Origin: an uncultured Gemmatimonadota bacterium
GTDB taxonomy: Bacteria; GCA-2686955
Assembly (NCBI GenBank): GCA_964490075.1
Contig: CAZBBK010000034.1
Coordinates: forward strand, 1 to 61,806
Direction of reading: 5' to 3'
DNA length: 61,806 nucleotides
The position numbers were made by a program, and so were the translations under genes. Of the stretch, positions 37,865-48,378 are shown piece by piece. How positions within the stretch are numbered: the stretch's first letter is position 1; each line of letters starts with the position of its first letter. The notes beneath the pieces are model-generated. The model was not told the DNA's origin. It searched no databases and saw only the letters and a program-made list of their open reading frames with translations.

Positions 37865-39316
37865 ATGCGGGCCAAACCGATCCTCTACCTCGCCGGCGCG
37901 CTGGCGTGCGTCGTGCTGATCCTGATGCTGAGCGGAGGCGACGGCCTGCGGGCCGAAACCAGGGCGCTGCTGGAGGCCGAAACCGAGGCCTACCCCAGCG
38001 CCGAACGCCAGGTCGCGGAGCAGCGCAAGGCGATCGACGCGGCGCTCGAGGCGGAGGGCGCACTGTTTCGCCTCGAGGAGCGCAAATGGTCGCAGCGCCT
38101 GGAGATCGCCGCCGCGCGCCTGGACGAGGCGCGGCGCGAGCTGGACACGGCTACCGCCCTGACGGAGCAGCGCGACGACCAGCTGCGGCCCAAGATCGAA
38201 ACGGCGCTGCTGGGAGCGCGCGAGGCGCGGAGCTTCGCGCTGGCCGAGACGGCGGCGGTTCACGCCTCGGTGCAGCGGCTGCTGGCCCTCAAGAAGGACC
38301 GGGCCAAGACCGTGGCCGATGCCGCGGCGGACGCCGAAGCGATCGAGCGCCTGGACCTGCAGCGAAGCGCGAGCGAGGTCCGCCGGGCGGTGCTCGACTG
38401 GCCCGCCAAGGAGGCCGACCTGGGCCGCCGCCTGGCCGCGATGACGGAGCTACGGGGGCAGGCCGCCGCCGCCTGGGGCACGGTGCGGAGCGAGAACGCC
38501 CAGGGCGATGACCAGATCGACTTGCCGGCCTTGGCCGAGGCCTGCGATCTGCTGCACCGGTCCCTGATCGATCTGAGCAAGGCCAACGGGCATCTCCTGG
38601 CGCTCAGCGCCCAGCTCTACCAGTCGTGGGACAAGATCCTGGTCGACATGGCGATCGAAGAAGGCGAAGAGGTCAGCTTTCACCACAAGTACCGGCTGGT
38701 GAAGCTGCCCTTCGGCGAGCCGGAGGGCGCGAAGCCCGAGCAGAGCGAGAGCTGGGAGGCGGTGAGCAAGACCGTCTACGAAGGGCTCAAAGAGAACCTC
38801 GGCATGACCGTGGCGACCAAACCGGCGGGCGCCTACGACAGCGAGGCCCAGACCACGGCGCCGCAGCCGGCGGGCTTCGCCTATGTCGCCTCGCCGGAAG
38901 AGGGCCAGAACGCCTACGGCCGCTGGCGGCACGACAGCCACGGCAACAGCTTTTGGGAGTTCTACGGCAAGTACGCCCTCATGCGCAGCCTGTTCTGGGG
39001 GCCGACCTACACACCGATCTACTCGGGCGACTATCGCGGCTATCGATCGGCACGCGCCGCCGGGCGCAGCTACTACGGCAGCGACCGTTCGGGCGCCAAG
39101 CGCTACGGATCGGGCGCACAGCGAACACGCACCCAGTACGCCTCGAGCCGCTACGTCGGCAGCGACGGATTCAAGGGCAGCCGCTACGAGCAATCGGGCG
39201 GCAAGTACCGGGGCTCCAAGTTCGAGCCCAAATCATCGCGCACCCGCAGCGCCTCAACCAGCAGCAGCCGTTCGCGCAGCTACCGCAGCTCGAGCCGATC
39301 GCGGGGAGGTAAATGA
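37865..39316 (+). CDS. Membrane-anchored coiled-coil protein with Tyr/Gly/Ser/Arg-rich tail
   Basis: TM, helical body, YGRW..GNSFWEFYGKYALM, tail ending SRSRGGK. Confidence 0.75.
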   Translation: MRAKPILYLAGALACVVLILMLSGGDGLRAETRALLEAETEAYPSAERQVAEQRKAIDAALEAEGALFRLEERKWSQRLEIAAARLDEARRELDTATALTEQRDDQLRPKIETALLGAREARSFALAETAAVHASVQRLLALKKDRAKTVADAAADAEAIERLDLQRSASEVRRAVLDWPAKEADLGRRLAAMTELRGQAAAAWGTVRSENAQGDDQIDLPALAEACDLLHRSLIDLSKANGHLLALSAQLYQSWDKILVDMAIEEGEEVSFHHKYRLVKLPFGEPEGAKPEQSESWEAVSKTVYEGLKENLGMTVATKPAGAYDSEAQTTAPQPAGFAYVASPEEGQNAYGRWRHDSHGNSFWEFYGKYALMRSLFWGPTYTPIYSGDYRGYRSARAAGRSYYGSDRSGAKRYGSGAQRTRTQYASSRYVGSDGFKGSRYEQSGGKYRGSKFEPKSSRTRSASTSSSRSRSYRSSSRSRGGK

Positions 39317-40176
39317 TGTTGTTGTTTCCAGAAGGGCTCGCGCTGAGTCTGGCCTATGTGGTGCTGGGCCTGGCGCTCCTCATCGTCGCCAAGATAGTCA
39401 AGGACCTGACCACCCCCTACTCGATCGACGAGGAGCTGACGTCGAAAGACAATCGCGCCTTGGCGTTGAGTGTCGCCGGCTACTACCTGGGCGTGACCGC
39501 GATCTTCGTCGGCGCCGCCACCGGCGCGGAGCTGGCAGAGGCGAGCCGCGCCGAGCTCGCGGTGGCGCTGGCGATCGACCTGGGCTACGCGGTGGGCGGC
39601 ATCGTGTTGCTCAATCTGGGACGCTGGCTGGTCGACCGATTGGTGTGTCCGCGCTTCAGCACCAGGAAAGAGATCATCGAGGACCACAACCTGGGAACCG
39701 GCGCGGTGGAGGGCGGCGCCTACCTGGCCACCGCCCTGGTGGTGGCGGGAGCGACCCACGGCGATAGCGGCGGCGTGGGCAGCATGCTGGGCTTTTTCGC
39801 GGCGGGGCAGATCGCGCTCTTGCTCTTCGCCAAACTCTACGACTGGCTCACTCCCTACGATCTCCACGACCAGATCGAAGCCGACAACGTGGCCGCCGGC
39901 GTCGCCTTCGGCGGCAGCATGGTGGCGATCGGCGTGGTGCTGCTGCGCGCCACCATGGCGCCCTTCACGGGCTGGGCGGAGAGCGCCGCACACTTCCTGC
40001 CCTTGATCGTGATCGCCTTCGTGGCGCTGGCGCTGGCGCGCCTGGTCACCGACCGCGCTCTGCTTCCCAAATCGTCGCTCAGCCACGAAATCGCAACGGA
40101 TCGCAACCTCGGCGCGGCGCTGATCGAGGTGGCGACGGCGATCAGCCTGGCGGTAGTGATCTTCTTCATGCTCTGA
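39313..40176 (+). CDS. Tandem DUF350 membrane protein
   Basis: Repeated TPY...EEL..DN.A / EI..DN.AAG motifs between TM helices. Confidence 0.85.
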   Translation: MMLLFPEGLALSLAYVVLGLALLIVAKIVKDLTTPYSIDEELTSKDNRALALSVAGYYLGVTAIFVGAATGAELAEASRAELAVALAIDLGYAVGGIVLLNLGRWLVDRLVCPRFSTRKEIIEDHNLGTGAVEGGAYLATALVVAGATHGDSGGVGSMLGFFAAGQIALLLFAKLYDWLTPYDLHDQIEADNVAAGVAFGGSMVAIGVVLLRATMAPFTGWAESAAHFLPLIVIAFVALALARLVTDRALLPKSSLSHEIATDRNLGAALIEVATAISLAVVIFFML

Positions 40177-40508
40177 TGAAACGACAGAATCTCCTGTTCG
40201 AGCTGCACGGCGGCCGGGCGCCATCGATGGACGGGCGCGAGCTGGTCGCGGCGCTGGCGAAGATCGCGCAAGCGACGGGTCTGCAGGTTCTGGGGAGCCA
40301 GTATCACGACTTCCAACCCCATGGCGCGACCGCGGCGCTGCTGCTCTCGGAAAGCCATCTCACGGCGCACACCTGGCCGGAAGAGGACTACGCGGCGATC
40401 GATCTCTTCACCTGCAAGGCCGACACGCGCGCGGCCGAGGTGCTGGCCGCGCTGCGCGGCGCCTTCGAGCCGCGCGAGATCGAGATGCATAGAGTCGACC
40501 GAGCATGA
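40176..40508 (+). CDS. speD: S-adenosylmethionine decarboxylase proenzyme
   Basis: FQPHGAT..LLSESHLTAHTWPE..AIDLFTC. Confidence 0.95.
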   Translation: MKRQNLLFELHGGRAPSMDGRELVAALAKIAQATGLQVLGSQYHDFQPHGATAALLLSESHLTAHTWPEEDYAAIDLFTCKADTRAAEVLAALRGAFEPREIEMHRVDRA

Positions 40509-42157
40509 ACCGCGGGCGCCACGGCGGGCGCGTGCTCGCCGTCTCCATTTTCATCATGGGGGCCTGCGGACTGATCTACGAGTACACCCTCGGATCACTC
40601 GGCAACTACCTGGTCGGCACCAGCCACGAGCAGATCTTCGTGGTGATCGGGCTGATGATGTTCTCGATGGGGGTCGGCTCGGTGGCGCAGCGACTCCTGC
40701 ACCACGATCTGATCGACAAATGGCTGGCGCTGGAGCTGCTGCTCGGGCTGGCCGGCGGTTTGAGCGTCATCGCGATCTACGCCGCTTTCGTCTACACCAC
40801 CAGCTTTCGGCTGGTGATGTACGGCTGCGCGGCGCTGGTCGGAATGCTGATCGGAATGGAGATCCCGCTCTTGATCCGCATCAACGAGAGCTACGCCACC
40901 AGTCTGCGGGCCAACCTCTCCGACGTGCTCTTCATGGACTACGTGGGCTCGCTGGCCGGTGCGCTGCTCTTCGCCTATGTGTTGCTGACACGGCTCTCGC
41001 TCTTTCATATCGCGCTCTGCCTAGGACTGGTAAACGTCGCTCTGGGCCTGATCGGAATCGCCTATTTCTGGCCCTTGATTCGGCGTCGCGGGACGCTGTG
41101 CGTCGCGGGGCTGGTCGCGCTGGTGGTGCTGGCGGGCTGCGCGGCACGCGCCACGCCCTTGATGGCCCTCTTCGAGCAGCGCTGCTTCCGCGATCCGATC
41201 GTGGCCTCGGAAACGACCCGCTACCAGCACCTGGTGGTGACCCGCCGCGACGACCTGGTCCATCTCTACATCAACGGCAACCTGCAGTTCTCCTCGGCGG
41301 ACGAGGTGATCTACCATGAAATGTTGGTGCATCCGGCGCTGACGCTGGCCCGCTCACGGCGCCGCGTGTTGATCCTCGGTGGCGGTGACGGTCTGGCGTT
41401 GCGCGAGGTGCTGCGCTACGCGGACGTGGGCGAAGTCGTGTTGGTCGACATCGATCCGCGCATGACCGAACTGGCCGCCACCCACCCGGACCTGGTGCGA
41501 CTGAACCGGGGTGCCTTCGACGACGCACGGGTGACGACAGTTGCGGCGGAGGGCACGCGTGCCGGAGTCCGCGAGACCATCTGGAGCGAGACGCGCCAGC
41601 CTTTCGATCCCGCCCTTCGCACGCCGCTGCCGCTGGCGCGAGTGCGGGTCGTCCATCTCGATGCCGATCTGTTCTTGCGCGAGGCGCATGGATTCTTCGA
41701 TGCGGTGTTGATCGACTTCCCCGATCCCTCCACGGTCGAAACGGCCAAGCTCTACTCTCGAGGATTCTATCGCAACCTCGCCGCCCACCTGGCACCCGGC
41801 GCGCTGGTGGCGATGCAGTCGACCAGCCCCTTCCACGCTCGCGAGGTCTTCCTGTGCATCGGCGCCACGCTGCGCGCCGCCGGCTTCCGCGTGCTGCCCT
41901 ATCACGAGAACGTGCCGAGCTTCGGCGAATGGGGCTGGCACCTGGCGTGGCTCGGCGCCACGACCGAGGAAGAGATGCGCCGGCGCATCGAAGGACTGCG
42001 CGAGCTGCCGGTGGAGACCGAGTACGCAGTCCCGGAGCTGCTACACGCCAGCCTGCATTTCGGCCAGGGCTGGCTCGACGCAGGCGGCATCGAGGCGAAC
42101 ACCGTCATGCAGCCGGTGATTCTGGAGTACCATCGGCGCGCCTGGAAGAACATCTGA
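40505..42157 (+). CDS. speE: Membrane-fused polyamine aminopropyltransferase
   Basis: 7-TM N-terminus (CGLIYE, GMEIPL); LQFSS.DE.IYHE, ILGGGDG, DFPDP, VPSFGEWG. Confidence 0.92.
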   Translation: MNRGRHGGRVLAVSIFIMGACGLIYEYTLGSLGNYLVGTSHEQIFVVIGLMMFSMGVGSVAQRLLHHDLIDKWLALELLLGLAGGLSVIAIYAAFVYTTSFRLVMYGCAALVGMLIGMEIPLLIRINESYATSLRANLSDVLFMDYVGSLAGALLFAYVLLTRLSLFHIALCLGLVNVALGLIGIAYFWPLIRRRGTLCVAGLVALVVLAGCAARATPLMALFEQRCFRDPIVASETTRYQHLVVTRRDDLVHLYINGNLQFSSADEVIYHEMLVHPALTLARSRRRVLILGGGDGLALREVLRYADVGEVVLVDIDPRMTELAATHPDLVRLNRGAFDDARVTTVAAEGTRAGVRETIWSETRQPFDPALRTPLPLARVRVVHLDADLFLREAHGFFDAVLIDFPDPSTVETAKLYSRGFYRNLAAHLAPGALVAMQSTSPFHAREVFLCIGATLRAAGFRVLPYHENVPSFGEWGWHLAWLGATTEEEMRRRIEGLRELPVETEYAVPELLHASLHFGQGWLDAGGIEANTVMQPVILEYHRRAWKNI

Positions 42158-42159
42158 TC

Positions 42160-43182
42160 ATGCGCGCCCCCCTATCCTGGCTGATTCGTGTCTGGCGCCA
42201 CCCGATGGGCCTGTTGGCGATCGTCGTCGTGGTGCTGGCGCTGCTGGGTTCGACCGGCATGTATCTGCTCGAGTCGGGCCACGACATCGGCACCTGGCCC
42301 GACGCGCTCTGGTACTCCTTCGTTACGATGACGACGGTCGGCTACGGCGACCTTTTTCCAAAGACCGGCCTGGGGCGTGCGCTCGGGGTGGTGCTGATGA
42401 TCCTGGGCGTCGGCGTGCTCGGCATGTTCACCGGAAACGTCGCCAGCATCCTGGTGGAGCGAGCCATGAAAAGGGACGAAGGACTCGACAAGGTCGACGA
42501 CACGGGACACTATCTGGTCTGCGGGTGGAACGGCCGCGCGGAGCAGGTGGTGAACGAGCTGCTGCATCGCCTGCACGGAGTGGCGTCGGTGGTGGTGGTG
42601 GCCGATCTGGAACAGACGCCGGTGCGGCATCGTTCGCTGCGCTTCGTGCGCGGCGACGCCACCGACGAGCGGGTGCTGCGGCGCGCCAACGTCGAAGAGG
42701 CCAAGGCGGCGCTGATTCTCTCGTCGGACGCCCGCGGCAGCTCGGCCGACGCCGGGGCGGTGCTCACGGTCCTGACCATCGAGAGCATCAATCCCGATGT
42801 CTACACCTGCGTGGAGCTGCAGGACGAGACCAACGCGCAGCACTGCCGGCGCGCCAACGCCGACGAGATCCTGGTCAGCGGCCACATGACCTCGCGGCTG
42901 CTGGCGCGCTCGGTGCTCGATCCGGGCAGCGCGCAGGTGCTCTCCGAGCTGGCCACCGGCAGCGTCGGCAACAGCATCTACTGCATCCCGGTTCCACCCG
43001 ACCTGGTGGGCCTCGATTTCGATGCCGCGCTGACACAATTTCGGCGCCGCTTCGACGCGGTGCTGCTGGCGGTGCAGCATGAGGGCCGCCACCTGATCAA
43101 TCCGCGCTCGCACACCCTGGCGGCCGGCGATCAAGCCTTCGTGATCGCCGAGCGACCTCCCGAGGGACACGAGAAGCCATGA
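42160..43182 (+). CDS. Potassium channel with RCK/TrkA domains
   Basis: Selectivity filter TMTTVGYGD; HYLVCGW; FVRGDAT. Confidence 0.92.
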   Translation: MRAPLSWLIRVWRHPMGLLAIVVVVLALLGSTGMYLLESGHDIGTWPDALWYSFVTMTTVGYGDLFPKTGLGRALGVVLMILGVGVLGMFTGNVASILVERAMKRDEGLDKVDDTGHYLVCGWNGRAEQVVNELLHRLHGVASVVVVADLEQTPVRHRSLRFVRGDATDERVLRRANVEEAKAALILSSDARGSSADAGAVLTVLTIESINPDVYTCVELQDETNAQHCRRANADEILVSGHMTSRLLARSVLDPGSAQVLSELATGSVGNSIYCIPVPPDLVGLDFDAALTQFRRRFDAVLLAVQHEGRHLINPRSHTLAAGDQAFVIAERPPEGHEKP

Positions 43183-43979
43183 AGGTCTACATCAGCGCCG
43201 ACATCGAGGGGATCGCCGGCATTGCCCACCTCGACGAGACTCTGAAGAGCAAGGATGACTACGCCGAGTTTCAGACCCGGATGACCCGCCACGTGGCGGC
43301 GGCCTGCCAGGCGGCGGTCGAAGCCGGCGCCCACGACATCTTGGTGAACGATGCCCACGACACCGGCCGCAACATCGTTTTCGAAGAGCTGCCGCGCTGT
43401 GCCCGCATGGTGCGCGGCTGGAGCGAGCATCCGCTCTCGATGGTGCAGGAGCTCGACGAGAGCTTCGACGCGGTCGCCATGCTCGGCTATCACGCGCGGG
43501 CCGGCTCGAGCGCCAATCCTCTGGCCCACACCCTGTCGGGCTCCAAGGTCGAGGAGATGCGGCTGAGCGGCATTCCTCTCGCGGAATTCCATCTCTACGG
43601 CTTCGCGGCGGCATCGATGGGTGTGCCGGTGGTCTTCGTCTCCGGCGACGAGGAGCTGTGTCGCGATGTCAACGCCGCCAACGGCGCGATTCAGACGGTG
43701 CCGACCTTTCGCGGCGTGGGGGGCTCGATCATCGGCCTGCACCCCGCCGTAGTCGAGGATCGGATCCGCGAAGGGATGAACCGCGCGCTGCACGCCGATC
43801 TGGCGGCCTGCCTCCTGGAGCTGCCAGAGCACCTGGTATTCGAGCTGCGCTACAAGCGCGCCGCCGATGCCTACAGAGCATCGTTCTACCCCGGCGCCGA
43901 GCTGATCGACACCAAGCTGCTGCGCTTCGAGACCGATCGCTACTTCGAGGTGTTGCGGGCGGTGGCGTTTCTGGTTTAG
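43179..43979 (+). CDS. dppA: M55 D-aminopeptidase
   Basis: MKVYISADIEGIAG, VNDAH, GYHARAG, LAHT, VSGD. Confidence 0.92.
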   Translation: MKVYISADIEGIAGIAHLDETLKSKDDYAEFQTRMTRHVAAACQAAVEAGAHDILVNDAHDTGRNIVFEELPRCARMVRGWSEHPLSMVQELDESFDAVAMLGYHARAGSSANPLAHTLSGSKVEEMRLSGIPLAEFHLYGFAAASMGVPVVFVSGDEELCRDVNAANGAIQTVPTFRGVGGSIIGLHPAVVEDRIREGMNRALHADLAACLLELPEHLVFELRYKRAADAYRASFYPGAELIDTKLLRFETDRYFEVLRAVAFLV

Positions 43980-43982
43980 CGG

Positions 43983-44582
43983 CTACTCCGGATAAAGCTG
44001 TCGCAGACAGTCCTCGTCGGATTCGGCCAACGACTCGTTGTTGCCGACGAGGTTCATCACCGACTCCGGATCGGCGGAGTGACCGAGTCCGATGGCGTGG
44101 CCCATCTGATGCAGCGCCACCGCCAGGAGTGAGGTGTCTCCCGATCCGCAGTCCCAGACATCGTCGAGGGTGAAGCCCAGGTCGGCCTCGCGGCCCGGCG
44201 GACCGTAGACCCAGACCTTGGCGATCTCGCCGATTCCCAGGGTCTTGAATTTCAGATGCTGGACGCCGTCGCCGAAGAAGGGATTGCCGATCGCCCGCTC
44301 CTCGAAGCCGCCGAAGGCGAAGGAGAAGCTGGAACCTTCGACGCTGCTCCACTGGCGGGCGGCTCCGGCGATCACCAGCAGCTCGGAAGCGCCCGGGCAG
44401 GCCGGCGTGCCGTCGCGATCGGCAGTGAAGAGCGCGGGTAGCTCGGAAGGCTCGTAAGGGACGCCCCAGAGCTCGCAGGCGTCGCCCGCGAGGAGAATCG
44501 AGTCCTGCAAGGGGCAGCGCCAGGCGCCAGAAGCGGTGCCGGCGCCGGCGGCGAGAAGCAGAATGGTGGGCATCCAGCTCAT
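43983..44582 (-). CDS. Matrixin-like protein with catalytic Glu replaced by Gln
   Basis: VALHQMGHAIGLGHS..SVM (Met-turn); signal peptide. Confidence 0.75.
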   Translation of the reverse strand: MSWMPTILLLAAGAGTASGAWRCPLQDSILLAGDACELWGVPYEPSELPALFTADRDGTPACPGASELLVIAGAARQWSSVEGSSFSFAFGGFEERAIGNPFFGDGVQHLKFKTLGIGEIAKVWVYGPPGREADLGFTLDDVWDCGSGDTSLLAVALHQMGHAIGLGHSADPESVMNLVGNNESLAESDEDCLRQLYPE

Positions 44583-44752
44583 GAAGTGGCCTTTCCGGCG
44601 GGGCTTCCGGGGGCGAGGATCCGCGCCTGATGCCCGATCCTAACCTGGGCATCTCCCCGGCAGTGTCGCAATGAAGTGCGCACCCTGTCTCGGCGCTGCC
44701 TCTCGCGACCTGACCGCGGAAGTCGGTGAAAAGCCCGAGTTAGACTGGCGCC

Positions 44753-45919
44753 ATGTCCACGGCCGCCATCGCCCTGCTCGGAGTCGTCCTCGCGCAAGCT
44801 CAACCAGATCCGCGCCAGCACCACCACGGCGCTGTGGTCAACCCCTTCGTGGAGCATGGCTCGCTGCGCTACCTGGCGGCCTGGTCGAGCTCGGCGGCCG
44901 CCCCCTGGGAGCACGACATCTTTGCCCAGCGCCTGCACTTCGAGGGCGGAGAGCTGGTCGCGGAGACGGCGCCGATGCAGGCCGTGGGCGACGGCGGCGA
45001 CGGTGCGCAAGAGCCGGTCGACGCGGCCCTGTGGAACGACCTCTTCTTGACGGCGTGGGAGGACGGGACCGAGGCCACGATCGATGTGCGCGCGCTGCTG
45101 CACGACGGCCGCGGCGGAGTGGTGCGCGGCGAGTGGATCGTGGCCGGGGGCGCCGAATCGCAGCACTCGGCGGCGGTGGCTTCGCTTCCGGCGGGCTTCC
45201 TGGTGGCCTACGCGGACGAGGCGCCGCCGGCCCAGGCGGCGATGGTCGAGGCGCGGCTCTTCGACCGCACCGGAACCGAGCGGGGGCACCTGGAGCTGAC
45301 CCCGCCCAGCGAGGACCACTGGTGGCCGGTGGTGGCGGGCGACGGCGAGCGGCGCGTTCTGGCGGCCTGGGGCGACGGCTCGGTGCTCTGGGGTTCGCTT
45401 CTGACGCTCAGTGGCGGCGAGGTGCAGGTGCAGCCCGCGCAGGCGCTGATCACCGGCATCGCGCAGTATCACTATCACCTGGTCTGGCTCGATGAGATCG
45501 CGCGCTTCTTCGTGCTGAGCCGGCGCGGATCCGGCTCGGAGGCGGTCCTGGTCGACCGCGAGGGCACGATTCGGGCGCGGCGCTCGCTGCCCCACCCGGT
45601 GATTCGCGAAGCCCGCCCCGCCGCCCGCTGGCACGCCGCGGCGGGCGCCTTCAAGCTGGCCTACCCGACGCTGGTGCGAGACGTGGCGCTGCTGCGGGTG
45701 GAAAGCGACGCGATCGCCTACTACGGCGAGATCGATGGCGACAGCGACCCGGTGCTCTCGACCCTCCGCTGGCCGGCGACCGGCACCTGCGCCCTCTTCG
45801 CCGCCGACCGCGACGGCCAGGACCAGTGGGGCGGGGACAATGTCGTCCTTTTCGTGGCCAACCAGGAGGGGAACGACGACGCCCTGCTGGCCGCGGTGCG
45901 GACGGCGGCAGGGTTCTGA
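44753..45919 (+). CDS. Secreted hypothetical beta-rich repeat protein
   Basis: Signal-like N-terminus; repeated YL/FL..W motifs. Confidence 0.65.
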   Translation: MSTAAIALLGVVLAQAQPDPRQHHHGAVVNPFVEHGSLRYLAAWSSSAAAPWEHDIFAQRLHFEGGELVAETAPMQAVGDGGDGAQEPVDAALWNDLFLTAWEDGTEATIDVRALLHDGRGGVVRGEWIVAGGAESQHSAAVASLPAGFLVAYADEAPPAQAAMVEARLFDRTGTERGHLELTPPSEDHWWPVVAGDGERRVLAAWGDGSVLWGSLLTLSGGEVQVQPAQALITGIAQYHYHLVWLDEIARFFVLSRRGSGSEAVLVDREGTIRARRSLPHPVIREARPAARWHAAAGAFKLAYPTLVRDVALLRVESDAIAYYGEIDGDSDPVLSTLRWPATGTCALFAADRDGQDQWGGDNVVLFVANQEGNDDALLAAVRTAAGF

Positions 45920-45946
45920 CCGGGACCGCGCTCCTACCCGCTCGCG

Positions 45947-46423
45947 TTACTCCTCGACGATCTGCTGCGCCAGGTAGTTCTCCAGCCCGACCTGCTCGAT
46001 CAAGAGGAGCTGGGACTCGAGCCAGTCGACGTGCTCTTCCTCTTTGGTGAGGATCTCTTCGAGCAGCTCGCGGGTGCCGTTGTCGGCGGCGTCGCGGCAG
46101 GCGGCGATGGCGGCGTTGAGGCGCGCGACCGCTTCGTGCTCCACGCGCAGGTCGCTGGCGAGCTGCTCGGGAACGTTCTGGCCGATGTTGATCTTGCCGA
46201 GCTTCTGCACGTTCGGCACGCCGTCCAGGTAGAGGATGCGCTCGATCACCTCTTCGGCGTGGTGCATCTCGTCCAGGCTCTCGCGGCGGATCTGCTTGTA
46301 GAGGCGCTGGTATCCCCAGTCGTTGCACATCTCGGCGTGCAGGAAGTACTGGTTGATGGCGGTGAGCTCGGCGCAGAGCACCTCGTTGAGCAGCTCGATC
46401 AGCTTGGCGTCGCCTCGCGGCAT
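45947..46423 (-). CDS. bfr: Bacterioferritin
   Basis: [36 protein letters not shown]. Confidence 0.97.
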   Translation of the reverse strand: MPRGDAKLIELLNEVLCAELTAINQYFLHAEMCNDWGYQRLYKQIRRESLDEMHHAEEVIERILYLDGVPNVQKLGKINIGQNVPEQLASDLRVEHEAVARLNAAIAACRDAADNGTRELLEEILTKEEEHVDWLESQLLLIEQVGLENYLAQQIVEE

Positions 46424-46455
46424 TGCGGCCTCCAGGGTGTGGCCCCGTGTCTATG

Positions 46456-46674
46456 CTAGGCCGCGATGGTAGCGCCTGCGGCGTCGTTGTCCAGCCCGCC
46501 GCGGGCACCGAGGGCGTGGGCGTTGTGCAGAGTTCGCGCCAGATGCTGCCTGCACAGCCCGCAACCGGTGCCGGCTCCGCAGCGGGCGCCCAGCTCGGCG
46601 ACGTTTGCGCAGCCGCTCTCGGCGTGGGCGCGCACCTCGGAGTCCGAGGTCGGATGGCAGAGGCAGATCAGCAT
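46456..46674 (-). CDS. bfd: Bacterioferritin-associated ferredoxin
   Basis: CLC...GTGCGLC. Confidence 0.9.
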   Translation of the reverse strand: MLICLCHPTSDSEVRAHAESGCANVAELGARCGAGTGCGLCRQHLARTLHNAHALGARGGLDNDAAGATIAA

Positions 46675-46682
46675 GATGCCTC

Positions 46683-46707
46683 AATGATAACGAAGGTCAG
46701 AATCATT
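46683..46707. promoter_or_regulatory. Fur-box-like dyad upstream of bfd
   Basis: AATGATAACG-N5-CAGAATCATT, AT-rich, directly upstream of the bfd start. Confidence 0.5.
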
Positions 46708-46775
46708 GGCAAGTCTGGATCGCGGCAACGACACCCCTGCTGCGCGAAATGGCCGCCCAGAAGCCTGCCAGGCCC

Positions 46776-48112
46776 TCAAACTACATCGATGAAACCGACG
46801 TCCGCATCGATCGGCTCGCCCTCGCGCAGCATTCGCACCCTCACCGTGTAGCGGCCCAGAGGGGTGGCCGCGGGGAGGTGGAGGGTGCGCGGGAAGTCGA
46901 GGGTCTCGAAGGGGGCGAGCAGGATCGCGGGGCCGTCGTGGAGGCGGCCATGGCGCGCCGCCGGTCCGCTGACCTCGACCTCGATCCGGTCGAAGGCTCC
47001 GGTCTCGAAGCAGCGACTGCGCGCCTGCACGGTGACGGAGAGATCGCTCCCCGCCTCGACACTGGACGGCAAGGCGTCGATCACGACCTCGCTCTCACAG
47101 CTCCAGTCGTTCCAGAGACAGTTCTGATCGCCGCCGAAGGCACCCATGTCGGCGCCGGCGCCGCCCAGCCCCGGAGGCAGACAGGCGTCGACGGTGCTCG
47201 GGTCGCCGCCATCGACACAGGGCGAATCCCACTGCATCATGAAGGAGCTGGGAGCGCTCTCATCGAAGAGCGGGTCGAGGTCGAGATTAGCCGGTGCCTT
47301 CGTAGCCGCCCTCGACGTCGCAGTAGCGGGCCGAGATCGCCGAGGCGCTGTGCTTCGCGAGGCTGCCCATCGCATTGCCCCACACCACGAGTCTTCGAGG
47401 CGCAACGAGACCCAGCCGTCCAAGGTTCCCCAGACATCTCCGCCATAACCGCCGTTGCCACTGATGACACATTGATCCACATACCAGTACACCATCCATC
47501 CTCCGACCCACGACAAAGATACACCATTGCCTTCGTTGTCGGCGATGATGCTGTTGTGAATCCGTACGTCTCCGAGCTCTTTGCGGGAGTGGACGCCGTG
47601 ACTGGTGTTGCCTTCGATCAGGCAGCGCGAAAGCTCTACGTCCTCCTCGTCGGGGCCAGGTAGACGCCTCCACCGCCCTTCGAGTCGCCGTCCGGTGCGC
47701 TGTTGGAACGGACGATCGTACGTTGCATGACACCTCCCGACAGGAAAGCGCCGCCGCCGTACTGGGTGGCGGCGTTGTCGTGCAGGAGACAGTCCTCGAC
47801 CAACCCTCCCGGCTCCACGGCGAGCGCCCCACCGCGCCCGGCCACGCTCTCGCTGACGACACAGTTCCTGAGGATCGCCCCCTCTCCCACCACCACGGCT
47901 CCGCCGGCGCCCATGCTGCCGGTGTGGAAGCTGAGGTCGACGTTGCCCGGACCGGAGTAGGTTCCGGCGGCGACCCGTACCGTGTCCCCGCCGGCGGCGG
48001 CATCGAGGCCGGCCTGGATGGTGGCGAAGTCGGCGGGCAGGTGGATCGTGGTGGCGCGGGCGAGGACCGCGGCCGCGAGGACGGTTGCCAGAGGAAGGAA
48101 GGGTGTGCGCAT
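46776..48112 (-). pseudogene. Frameshifted secreted beta-helix protein
   Basis: N-terminus TIHLPADFATIQAGLD..GDTV.VAAGTY; coding frame switches near 47650, 47390 and 47290; C-terminal DPLF, SPCVDGG, DMGAFGG. Confidence 0.75.
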
Positions 48113-48378
48113 TCTGTTCCGATCTCATTGCTGGTGGGGCATGCCGGTAGCAGGCGCGCGGCCGGCCGGACACGATCCGCACCGCAACTTTCGCACCATC
48201 TTGACCCGAATCACGGGGATCTCCGCGCGGAAAATCGCACAGGCTTACGCCACAAGCGCTTCCGGGAGTCCATCCACACACCGACGCGACGCGGAATCGG
48301 TCCTTCCGCGCCGCGCGGCGCCGCCTTTGGCTTCATTCGTTTCCGTGCGACGAAACGGATGTGTCCGCTCGCCGGCGC

